This document shows positions 24,951 to 43,755 of a stretch of 64,000 nucleotides of DNA, in pieces (position 1 is the stretch's first letter; the number at the start of each line of letters is the position of its first letter). The stretch covers positions 48,298,001 to 48,362,000 of the forward strand of contig OZ231126.1 of NCBI GenBank assembly GCA_965153355.1, in the 5' to 3' direction. The translations under genes and the position numbers were made by a program. The notes below the pieces were generated by a model. The model had not been told where the DNA came from. It did not search any database and worked only from the letters and a program-made list of their open reading frames with translations. The stretch is from Flaccisagitta enflata (Eukaryota).

Positions 24951-26862
24951 CATCAACGGTGAGAGGTTGTGGTATGGGAGATGACACTCGGTTTAGAGGT
25001 GACAATTTAATAGGTGACAATCCAGGAGGCATAGATGATTGGATTTAGAGTGCGGTAGCAGGTACAATACAACGGGAGCAATGAGGACCTCAGATGGAAA
25101 GTCATTTCCTGCTTCACTATCTTAATGAAATAGCTTGAGCTTTGGTTTTTCTGAAAGCTGATAGGCAAGAGCTTTGAGTGAATAACTGAATATAGTTTTT
25201 TACCTCTAGCTATAGCTGTTGAGCACCTTTCTGGATTTGAATCTGCGACACGGAAAAGAGAGAACTTGCTTCTCTCAAATGCAGCACTCTTCCATCAGAG
25301 CTATTGCGCCAAAAGAATTAATTGTCAGTTTTCTTTTAATCACTTGGAGTGGAATTTTATGTTCACTCAATACCTTGGATCATTAGCTTTCAGAAAAACC
25401 AAAGTTTTAGGTTCTTCCTTCAAACAGTGAGAATATGCACTGTTCTTATTGCTCCCATTGTGCTGTATTATATACAATAAATTTAAAGTTTTTTTCATGT
25501 ATAAGTTGGACGTCCCTGATAATTTAATTGCCTCACGCAGCTGCAGTTCTTCAACCAATGTGACCCTCTACACCCTCTCCCACTACCCGCTCCCCCCCTC
25601 CCCCCTACCCACTTCCCCCTCCTCCCCCCTCTTCTTGTCGGCCTCTTTCTAAAATGACAACTGACAGATGACAAGAACCAGAAAGGAGAATGACTTCAGA
25701 AGGAAAAGAGGGGGAGGAAAGGAAAGTGTGACAAAACCACCTGAAATCCCGGCATAGTGGGGGCTTTAAGTTTGATGCAGATACGAGGAAGCGTTTCAAG
25801 CGAAAGTTTATATCAGGGACAGGGATGCAGAGGCTGTTGCACATCGCAGATTTCTTCTTCCGTTATGTATTTGGCTTGATTCTTCCTGCCAAAATAAATA
25901 ATGATCTTAGAAGGTCTTGTTTAACATCAACAATCTTTCAAGTTTTTTGTTAACAAGGACAGCCAACAAAATCCGACAAAATCTTATTCTATTTGTAACT
26001 GGAAAATTCAGAAAAAATAGTGGGTAATGCCCTCTTTATAACGGACATGACACATTAAGGCGGAAAAACATGTCAGAATTAAATCCATGAAAATCATACT
26101 TCTTGTCGGAGTTCAGAGAAATTTTTACTACGGAGTCTCTTTACCTTCCACTTGCAACAGTTCAAATTTCAACCTATTAGGCTAACTATTTTCCACTCAA
26201 ATGTGTAATATGATAAAAGTAATATGTGTAATCCTTTTTGAATGGATTGAATTATTTCTGCTGTTGTTCATTGTTCAGAGGCAGCAATCCACAGAAAAAA
26301 CAAAAATGCCAAAAAAGAAGCGTTGTCTGAGACTGTCAATGGACTAACAAACCAACAAAACAGGTTAAAGAACCGCGTGCACGTGATCCTAAGAGATTAG
26401 GCGTGCTTAAAAAGTTGACAGATCATAAAATCCACATGGTAAGCAGTGTGTCTGTTTCTTCTCCTATCAATCGCGTTTTTCATGGGCTACTTGATCACTC
26501 GCCGACACGCTTGCTCACTCGGCAATGCTTTGCATGCTTGCTGTCTTGCTTTATGCACAAGCTGGCTCAGTCACTTTGCTCGCTCGCTTATGGGGCAGTA
26601 GTAAGTCATGAATCGGCGCGTTTCAAGGGAATAATCGCGAATTTTGTCATCACTGAAAACACACCCAGTCTCACTTTTGGGCATCAAGAGTCAACATTTG
26701 GCAAAAGGAAATGTTTCATTTTCATGGTTGGAACTTTGCCATTTCGATCTCCACAAGCCCATTTAACGCCGTACTGGCCAAATCCATGAGCCCATTTAAC
26801 CTGCTGTTAAGCTTTACCTGCGTCAAATCCAGTCAATTCAAGTTCTATTTGTTAGAAACTTA

Positions 26863-27115
26863 GGGCGTGTTTCTAGTGAAGATGAAAAACGCGTTTATTC
26901 CTGTGAAACGCGATCACAGCATGAACACATATTCATGAATTTCAACCGTCCCACGAGGGAGTGAGCGAAGTGAGTGAGTAAGCGTAGCAAAGCGGAGCGC
27001 TGCGGAGCGCTGCGGAGCGAGTGAGCGGAGTGAGCGGTGCGGGCGAACAAATGTAGCAAGCTACCAAGTGGCCCGTTCAAAACGCGATGCGACGTCTCTG
27101 ACTAGTAACGCACCC
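26863..27115. mobile_element. PIF/Harbinger-like MITE (partial second copy from ~29715)
   Basis: GGGCGTGTTTCTAGT / ACTAGTAACGCACCC ends, TTA/TTT flanks, internal GAGC/GAGT repeats shared with 29715-29875. Confidence 0.55.
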
Positions 27116-28279
27116 TTTGAAGGTAGACAAGCGCCGCTTGAAGCGGCAAAAAACAACAAGTGAAGCGAGGTCACAATATTGTTGCGGACGGGTGCGCAGG
27201 AGCATTCAACCTCCATCCACACGCCAACCCCCACCCTCACACAAAAACTTGAATAAAAAGTATCCAAAACGCTCGTTTTTCCTGATTTCAACTCCATCAC
27301 CACGGACCAACAGATGGATAGAAGGACCGACAGACGGATAGAAGGACCGATGCATGGAGCGACAAAGCCTCTCAAACTCATAGAGTTGGTTATTCGCAAC
27401 TAAAACCGCGTCAAGGAGCAGTGATGGAATAAGCAATGGGGCTGGGGCAGTGATGCAAAAACCGTCAATAAACGTCATCTGATTTGTAGATATTTGATAT
27501 GCACGCGGATTGTTGTTACAAAATTGCAAAAGCTCCCAGAGACAACACGGCTTTATCCCCCCAGACAACAATACGGCTTTATAAATCTTTCAATAATTCC
27601 ATCCTGATATAAAAGCAGCTCCTGAAATTGCCATCCAAAACAAAATTTCTTTACAACAGCATTTCCACTTTTATGTTGACGATATTCGCAATTTCGATTT
27701 CCTGTTTCCTGCATCAAAATTAGATGAAGGCAATTTGTTTTTATGGCTCGTGGTTTTCGTTTTACAAAAACATTTTGAAAAAAAAAAAAACAAAACAACA
27801 CATTTTCAATTTTCTTGCCTGATGAAATGAGGTCTGGTACACGGCCTCCCAGTCTCGGTTGGTTGCCCAGAGGCAGTTTTGAAAACAAGGCCGGATACAC
27901 AGCTTCCCAAGTCGCGTGCGGGTGGGCAGAGGCAGTGATACAAGAAAAAGACTAATGATGCATTTGGGTAGGAGTAGTAATGCAATAACTACCTGTGAAT
28001 ATAAAAAAGTAAAATTAGATGGATGGATGGACCAACAGACAGATAAAGCGGGTTGTAGAGACGCGTCCACGCAACTAAAAGATTACTGATGGACAAAAAC
28101 GCAGACCAACCAATGGATGGATGGACTGACTGACCTACAAGTGGATGATCCAACTAACTTAGCAATGTCAAGCCTTCTTTGGTTGATATGGCTCTCCACT
28201 TAAGAATTAAAATGGAAGAATATTTCACTGAAACTTTCACAAAAAACCCTCCATCGCGTGCCATGAATTCGAAGAAAAT

Positions 28280-28650
28280 GTGACTGGAATTAGCTATTAG
28301 CACTGGAACTGGCATTACTCTGATATTTTCACAAACACTAGCACTGGCATTGGCACTGGCAGTAGCACTGACATAAGCAATGGCATTAGCACTGACATAA
28401 GCACTGACATAAGCAATTGCATCAGGACTGGCATCAAGACTGGTCTAAGCAATGGCTATAGCATTGGTATCAGCAATGGCATTAGCACTGGCATAAGCAT
28501 TGGAATAAGCAAGGGCATTAGCATTGCCATTCGCAATGTCATTAGCAATGGCATTTGAACTTGCATCAGCACTGGCATTAGCACAGGCATTAGCAATGGC
28601 ATTAGAACTGACATAAGCACTGACATAGCACTGGCTTAAGCAATGGCGTC
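28280..28650. repeat. Degenerate 12-bp tandem repeat
   Basis: (GCACTGGCATTA)n-like. Confidence 0.8.
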
Positions 28651-29252
28651 ACACAATCAATCAGATTAATAAGTGATGGGAAAAAAATCAGGATCTTCTA
28701 GGATCCTCAATCTTGATCAATTTTCAGTCCTTCTCCTTGTCTTACTCCTTGATATAACGCTAGCTCTGATGCGCGTAATTGCGCAATTAACTATGGGCTG
28801 AGATTGAGCTCAATCTCTGACTTTTTAATTATGCATATTAAGCCTAGACTAATTTTTGCGCTTTACAATTCTTGAGTAAAATTGTCTTCGGTACTCGGAA
28901 TTATTGGGATTCAATAAATCTGGTTTATTGGGGCCAATTGGGTTTGAGAAAAATGAGTAATAGCTTATGTAAGGCGATTTTAAACTCTCATCAGTTTGAA
29001 TTTTTTCCCATCACGACGGACTGTGCGTCAGGACTGGCATTAGCACAGGCGGCATCAGCACACCTTGTCAATCCTTTGAGGGTTTCGCCCCAGAATTTTA
29101 CTGCAGAAGTGACAAAAATTTCGATTTAGGAGGAAATATTTGGAAGAATGAATCCAAAAGTGAAGTGTCAAATATATGGGCTTTGTTTCTCCCTTGCTTC
29201 TTTTTTTTTCTCGGTTTCTCCTTTTTTTTCTGCTTCTCTTTCTTTCTTTCTC

Positions 29253-29324
<72 letters not shown>

Positions 29325-29383
29325 TTATTCTTTCTTTCTTTGTTTATTTCTGTGATTCCCTCTTTCTTTCTTTCTTTTTTTTT

Positions 29384-29473
<90 letters not shown>

Positions 29474-30413
29474 ATATTTCCACCTATAATTCTTTGGCTT
29501 CCTTGCGGCAGATTTTCTCATCATTGGCTTTCATTTAAAACATTTTCCTCATTTCCTTCTCCTTATTCACTCTTTCTTCTTTTTCTGATCATCATCTTCA
29601 TTTTCTTCTTAATTAACTTTATTGCTTCATTTTTTTTTCATCTGACAGAAAGAGTCTTATGGGCAAATGGGAAAATGGGAGACTAGGTCTTCCCCAACTG
29701 AGTCTCTAATTCTAAGGCCGTGTTTCTAGTGAGCATCAAAAACGCGTTTGTTCCTGTGAAACGCGACAACAGTGTGAACACATCAAGAATTTCAACCATC
29801 CTACGAGGGAGTGAGCGAAGTGAGTGAGCGAGCCCGTGAACAGAGCGAGCAAGTGTAACGAAGCGGAGCGCTGGGGACCATTTTTCTAAAGAATTCAAAT
29901 ATTCAATTTTTAATTCTGATTGTTATGAAACCATAGTGAATATTCTGAGTTTAAAAACACTGTTAACACACCTTATACACTATATCAAAAATACTGAACT
30001 GAAATCCCAATTATATTTTCTGGTGGTAAACCTATATCACAAGCAAAAAGTAAAATGAAACTAAAATTTCCTGTTCCTGTACACCATGACATATACGTCA
30101 CATGATCAATACACATAGAGACACAGCCCGGACGCATCGTTGCCTGGTCGGGCTTGTTAACTTTTATGTACGAAACTGTCTAGAGAAGTAAAGTGACTAA
30201 AGTTCACGATAGTATATCTTTGTCAACATTGTCAATAGACATTTCGTTATGACGATGGAGCAAATGAGGTGCTGTAGAAAACAAATTGAGGAGGCGGTAT
30301 TAATTATTAATCCGGTTTCTTAGGATCGCAAATTACGCAAAAAAGTAGTTATTCAGTTGAGCCTAAACATGGCTTGTGTTCTTAATTTGTTGCTTTTTTA
30401 TTCATTACTCCGT

Positions 30414-30603
30414 TTTTAGTCGCGGACGAGCGACTCTATAAGAGGCTTTGTCCGTCCGTCCGTCCGTCCGTCCGTCCGTCCGTCCGTTGGTCCGTTGGTC
30501 CGTCGGTCCGTTGGTGAGCACGAGTCGAAAAGTGGAAAAACCAGCGTTTCCGCCCCTGCCCACCCGTCCGCAACTGGTATTGGCCGTGTATCCGGCCTTG
30601 TTT
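30414..30603 (+). mobile_element. Helentron-type non-autonomous element (HINE family A), type example
   Basis: 5' T-run plus hairpin AGTCGC..GCGACT, (GTCC)n, subterminal inverted repeat GTCCGCAACT, 3' hairpin GGCCG-TGTATC-CGGCC then TTGTT. The empty paralogous site CCGTTTTTTGTAAC (~55084) shows insertion into a T-run with no distinct TSD. Confidence 0.85.
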
Positions 30604-30985
30604 GTAACAACCTTTCTTTCTTTGTTGAGCATCAGAATTTCACCCCTAGATTTCTTTGTTACTGCGTTTCTTTCTTTTTAGTTGCGGACACGCAACTCTA
30701 TAAGAGGTTTTGTCCGTCCGTCCTTCGATTGGTCCGTCCGTTTGAACAAGTCAAAAGTTGGAAAACGAGCGTTTTAGAAGCTTTTTGTGTATGTGTTTAT
30801 GTTAGAGAGGGATTAGGTGGAGGCGTGGGTCGTTGGGTGTGGGTGGGGGTTGGTTGCACCTGCCCACCCGTCCACAACGATATTGTGACCATGCGTCACT
30901 TGTTTGGTTCATTTCTCTGTTTCTTACTGGTTTGTGTCATGCTTTCTGTCCCTCAATCTTTCTTTTTTCTATCTTTTTTTCTTAC

Positions 30986-31053
<68 letters not shown>

Positions 31054-31110
31054 TTCTTCTTTCTGTCTGTTTCTGTCTGTTTCTGTCTGTATGTCTGTCA
31101 TGAGTGTCTT

Positions 31111-31191
<81 letters not shown>

Positions 31192-31198
31192 ATATCTA

Positions 31199-31305
<107 letters not shown>

Positions 31306-31960
31306 CTCTCTTTTATTCCTTCTTTAGAAAAAAATTGACCTTTAGATAAAATTTCCCTCGAATCAGCATGTCATGAAAAAGTTTTAGACATAGCTCAGAC
31401 GTAGCTCAGACATAGCTCAGACAGTAATGGGTAATGTCAGCTAGGCAACGTTAATGATCTAACGAAGATTATGTACTCTTTTGATGGCATTGCAATGAAA
31501 AGAAAGGCAGTGGTACACAACCGTACTCCATCCTTGAACTGAAACATTCAATTTCAAGGACAACGCTAAACCACAACTACCGAGAAAAGGAAACACGCGA
31601 GGTCGGCTGCGGGTCATCTCAATCCACATGCCAAAAAAGTAATCTGCCCTTTTTTCCGAGTATCGAAAAAAACCTTTTCTTCATAGAGGGCATTCTATAA
31701 TTCTAATTTCAATTCATCTGAAATTGCCGTGTATGGAATTTGTCGCGGATACGCGATTCTACACTATACACATGTAGTTAGTCGGTCCGAAAGTGCGCAC
31801 GTAACATTGTTGAATTACCGTTGTTTTTGTCCTTGTTTAGGGGATTATGAGTCAGTTTGAATTGTTTGAGTGTCTCTTTTTTTAAGTATTTTTAGTCGCG
31901 TGCACACGTCTCTACTCCTTGCTCTGTCGGCCGGTCCGTCCATCGGTCCGTCCGTCGGTA

Positions 31961-32553
31961 CACGGTGAACAAGCTCAAGTGGGGGAAAGTAAAAGCTTAG
32001 GATTCTAAAACTGCTATAGTACTATGTTTTATCTTTTGCAGTGTTGTAGAAAATTACCTGACATTTGATAAAAGCCAAAGCTGAGGTCATTAGCTTAGAT
32101 ACTTCAGAGAATATATGAAAATCTTTGAAATGTCCAAAACTAGGAACGGCTCAAAAAACAACTTTCAAACGTGAGTGCTTTGAAACTGGTAATTGGTGTT
32201 GCTTTATTCTTCCATCAATTATTGAACCAGATGTTGCACTCTTGGTTTCTTACTGAAGCACCATGAATGCCTTTTAGGTTTTTTTATCCAACTTGATATA
32301 GTTATGCCATTTTCTCCTCCGCAACTTGAGTTAAATTAAGAATCAATGAGCAGTTTTTTGAGGTTAGAGAGGAACTTTAACATTTTTGGTCATATCTTTT
32401 TAGCTGTTTCAATTTTTCAATTTTGACCAACCAAAGCAAGAGGAACAAATGTCAGGCAGTTCCCTACCAGGAACAACTTTCAAATTATGGATATCTCAAG
32501 TTGTTTAGGCGTAAATAGCTTTTACTTTCCCCCACTTGAGGTTGTTCACCCTG
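31961..32553. mobile_element. Tc1/mariner-type MITE, copy A only
   Basis: TIR CACGGTGAACAAGCTCAAGTGGGGGAAAGTAAAAGCT with its mirror image. TA duplication confirmed by the empty site CGTCGG-TA-ACATTT at ~56270. Confidence 0.9.
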
Positions 32554-32686
32554 TAACATTTTAAAATTTCGAACGTTTTTAACATTTTTTAATGTTTTTT
32601 AACATTTTGACATGTTCTTGCTCTTTAATCATTTCCAGACTCAAGCGACTGGGCTTGTTACGTAGTACTGCCCCTGCCCAACTGTC

Positions 32687-33022
32687 CAGTCATGGATGTA
32701 GGGGACGCCACGTCCACCACGTCCATGGACGTGGTAAAAGTCGGGCTTGAAAAGCAAGTCGGTCTTGAATTAGAAGGGATTCAAGGTTGAAAAATCAAAA
32801 ATTTCTTTAAAAAATATCCTAAAAAGAGAATAATTGAACTGAGTTTGTTTGAATTATTACAAAAAAGCCTTTAAAAGGAGGATTTTCATTCAAGAATGAT
32901 GCAAAAAGTAAGAAAATTACATTTCTTTTTAAAGTTTTCAGTTTTTACATAAGTCGGACTTGAACCTCACTCGGTCTTGAAATGCAAAGTGGACGTGGCG
33001 AACTTCAGAGCTCCCCTACAGT
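32687..33022. mobile_element. Small TIR insertion, copy A only
   Basis: TGTAGGGGA/TCCCCTACA and CGCCACGTCCAC/GTGGACGTGGCG inverted motifs; CTGTC on both sides; empty site CCCAACTGTCCTC at ~56411. Confidence 0.65.
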
Positions 33023-33091
33023 CTGTCCTCGACTTTTATTCACAAAAGCGCTTGCTCCTGTAAAACCCTGTCTCTGTCTTTCTGCCTGTCG

Positions 33092-33213
<122 letters not shown>

Positions 33214-33536
33214 TTTCAACTATTTTCAATCGACCACATCTATCAGGCGAAATTAGCAAAGTCGTAAAATTTTCCAGAAAGCTGGTCAACACCAGGATAT
33301 ATGTCTTAGTGAGACAGATATTTCGATTAAAAGTTGTTATGAATGGTCATACTTCAAGGTCGTCCGCTGATTGGACCCCTGGGATCGTCATATTTCCTAG
33401 TCAGTTTATCATTGGCTGAGATTCTCGGACGATATCTCTCGGAAGATAAGTTCGCGGTAAAACCGAAAGAAAGGAAAGGAAGGTAAACAAGGTACAATAC
33501 CAAAACAGCAAAACAGACTTCTATTGCTGTATAGGA

Positions 33537-34010
<474 letters not shown>

Positions 34011-34086
34011 CATAGTCGGCATCATAGTCCGATAAGTCCGAAAGTGGGTGAGCTTGAGTTAAAGGAACGCAAGGATTAAGGATACC

Positions 34087-40316
<6,230 letters not shown>

Positions 40317-40362
40317 GTCGTGCAGATGTAGCTTCCTAAATAGTACAAAAAGTAAATAAATT

Positions 40363-40879
40363 AAACTAGTCATCCAAGGATCGCACATGGTCAGCGGTAC
40401 CCGATGCCCTGCTGGAGCGATCAAGTTAAGTAGTGGAGCCGATGGGCCGATGTCCTGTAGGACACAGGGGAGAATTTCGAGACGTCCTGAGGCAGATTTG
40501 AAGTTGGGATGGCAGGATTTAGCCCAAAATAGCAGATTTGAGGTTTGGGGGGCAAACTTGAGGCCTAGAGGACAAATTTGAGGCCTGAAGGTTTGATTTG
40601 AGGCCTGAAGGGCTGATTTGAGGTCTGGAGGGCTGATTTGCGGTCTTAAGGGCATATATGACGTCCGAAGAGCTGATTTGAGCTCTCAAGGGCTAAATTG
40701 AGGTCTGAAAGGGCTAATTTGATGGCTCAGGGGGCCAAAATCAGGCCTGAGAGTGCAGAATTGAGGCTTCGATTGCCAAGAGGGGGGGGCGGAAGGACGG
40801 AAGGACGGACGGACGGAAGTCTCGAAATTCCCCCCTGTGTCCTACAGGACATTGGCCCTTTGGGGCCGCTGCCCAAAAA
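40363..40879 (-). mobile_element. HINE-like family B (long subterminal inverted repeats, central 21-bp tandem repeats), type example
   Basis: Ends TTTTGGGCAGCGGCCCCAAAGGGCC... and ...GATCCTTGGATGACTAGTTT. The empty paralogous site TAAGTTTAAAAAAGGATAAAA (~57315) shows insertion in an A/T run without a distinct TSD. Other copies at ~2362-2890, 10737-11281, 35236-35835, 38137-38558 and 47638-47993; fragments at 1-90 and 3040-3093. Confidence 0.75.
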
Positions 40880-40958
40880 GGATAAAAAATTAAATGAATA
40901 AGGATGCAAAAGCGGTACACAACTCGCAAACGCACACACACACACACACTCACGCACG

Positions 40959-41055
<97 letters not shown>

Positions 41056-43755
41056 ACACACTATTTCTCATTTATAGCACGGTTCACAGTTAATCTTGGT
41101 GCGGAGGCGTTTGAAGATGACGATGATGGCGATGATTGTTGATTGATTGAACGACTGCATTCAAAGCGGAGCAAAGTGAAACTAACGGTTGAACTAATCC
41201 ATATCACATTTTAAGTCAGTGACAAACAAACAAACATTCAAAACAAAGCCGGATACACGGCAATCCAGTCGCGGACGGTTGGGCAAGAGCAGTAGTGCGA
41301 AAACTGCTCGTAATTCAAAAATGTGACGGACCGACCGACCGACCGACGGACCAAGGTGTAGAGTCGCGTGTCCGCGACTAAAAAAAGACCAAAAAAATAA
41401 ATCATAAAGCCAAAACTCAAAAGTGTTCGTGCACTTCAATAAAAAATTGTCCTTTTTCACATCCTCTTCCGATTTCTCCTCAGTCCTCAACATGGACAGA
41501 AAAGTTAAGGACAGTTTAATGCCGCGCAAAGAACAAAGAGCCATAGTGTACAGATATATATGAGACAATCTTTTTTTAAACAGTAATAATATTGGCGTAC
41601 TTTTCCATTCGGCTTTTTCTGCCAATGCACGATGCTCCGAGATAAAAACAAGTGAACGCGTAACTTACGTAAGCATGATCTCGAGCTAAAGGCTTATTCC
41701 ACATTAAGCGAGCCTCATTTGAGGTATCTAAAGATGCTTTTAAACCAAGGCCGGATACACGGCAATCCAGTCTCGGACGGTTGGGCAGGAGCAGTTATGC
41801 GAAAACCGCTCGCAATGCTCAAATGCTACCATGACCATTCTACTTAGTTTTAGCCATATAGCAGAGATGAAAATTTTCACCCAAATACTCAAGGAGCCAT
41901 CTAGCGCAATCCATGGCCCTTAGTGGAGTGGTTGGAGAAAAGAAATTGAACTATGTAAACGGATGCAATCTTTGAAAATACTGTCGATCCATCTGTTGGT
42001 CAGTCCGCATGGCTAGAACCAAAAAGTGTACAAACGCTGAATTCCGCCCTGGCACCCCTGCCCTGCTCCCTGTCCTTTACGAAAAATTAGCTCATGGTAC
42101 CTTATAATATCATGGAACACAATTGAATGTGATTCTCATGCGTTTACTTCTTTCCATACTTATGAATATTGTCAAAAACATAAGTAGACTTAGACTCAAA
42201 AATTTTCCTAGGTCAGTCAGTAGCTCAATCTTTTGCATGGACATGCTCAGCGCTTTGAATACTACATGTGTCAAAATTCAAGGTTCTGGCTCAAATACTT
42301 TAGAAGTTATGAGCATTTGTTTGAACCATATCAAGCTGAAAAAATTCCAGGAGAATCTTTTAACTTTCTTTGAAAATATGGCCGGCACTGAATTTCAGTC
42401 TTCAGAGTCCATGTTTTTTGAGAAAAAAAAGTGAGCCCACAGGATTTTGGATCTAGGTGAATCAAACAATTTCTTATCAAGTCCCCGAGGCGTGACAAAA
42501 ATTTTCAGAGTTTTTTAAAAAAAAACTAAAGATACAAGATTTTGGATCCAGGCGAATCAAACACTTCTAAAAACCACTTTTGAGATCAAACACTTTTAAA
42601 AACTGTTTTTCAAAAAAATATTTTGTGATTTTTTTTTTAAATCCTTGACGCACGACACAAAAATTTTCAAAGTTTTTTGAAAATAAGTAGAGATACAAGA
42701 TTTTGGTTCTAGGCGAATCAAAAAATTTCCTTTCAATTGCACCCCACTTTAAAAAAAATCCTTTCTAAGGTTTTTTTGGGGGCCCTTAGGGGCCCCTAAG
42801 AAGTTAAACATGTTGATCAATGATATGAACAGAGTTATGTGCATTCGCCAAGCTATCTTTCAGGACCAAATTCAAGCTGATTAATTAGAGCTCAAGCTCA
42901 TGCCGTTAGTCCCTCTGGACCGGCCGCATTTAAAAGAAAAATCAGAAAATTCACAAGGACTCAGATTCAGGATCTAAGGTCAATCTCTAACATACATCAT
43001 CGAAATATTGATACCGCAGTGACAGTTAAGCTGGTTAACATGGTTTGAAATGAGATAACAAATCTGTGAAAAATCCCACTTGATGATAGGCTTTAGAGGT
43101 CTTAAAATGTCCATTGAGATATATTGAGAGTTTTTAAAAACAGTTACTGCCTGAAACCGATAAGCATCATTGAAACGCCGTTAGAACATAACCATATCTG
43201 ATTCATATAACGATAAGACCAAGCAAGTGCCATGTAGTGTCAAAGTGCAATCTCTAAAAAAGAGTGCGGCTTTCGACACTTACAGCAGTGGATAAAGTTT
43301 CCTTTCAATATCTTAGCTCTTGCTTTAGATTGACAAATATACATTTTTTTACGGAATGAGTAACTGGAAGTGTGGGTTCAAAATACCCTCCTCTTTAGTC
43401 TACATGTTGCCGTCCGGGATTTTTCATGGATACGTTATATTTGTCGTAAAAAGAAAAAAAACCAGACGTTTTGCTTTTATGATAGAAGAATCAGGCCAAA
43501 CTGTGCCCAAAGCACTGTTGAACACCAGCGCAGACAAAACCAATGATAAAAGTTGCTCACAAAGGTTAAAATTCGCCAATGTCAATGACAAATGGCAACT
43601 ATGAAAGTACAAGTGTTCATGAAAAAAGCCATCATTTCCCGTTTGAAGATTTTATTCCACTATACAAGGCGCCTCGGTATATGCCATACTCCAGCTACCT
43701 CAACTCTTGGGGGAGCTCCGCACCTTACTTAGACGCAGGTCTGCCTCCTCAATAG

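Noticed and set aside
41990-43720. Short ORFs present in both duplicate copies (42123 and 59258/59304; also 46698 and 63711) as exons or a transposase
   Set aside because: Indels shift the frames between copies and no domain is recognisable; the similarity just reflects the duplication.
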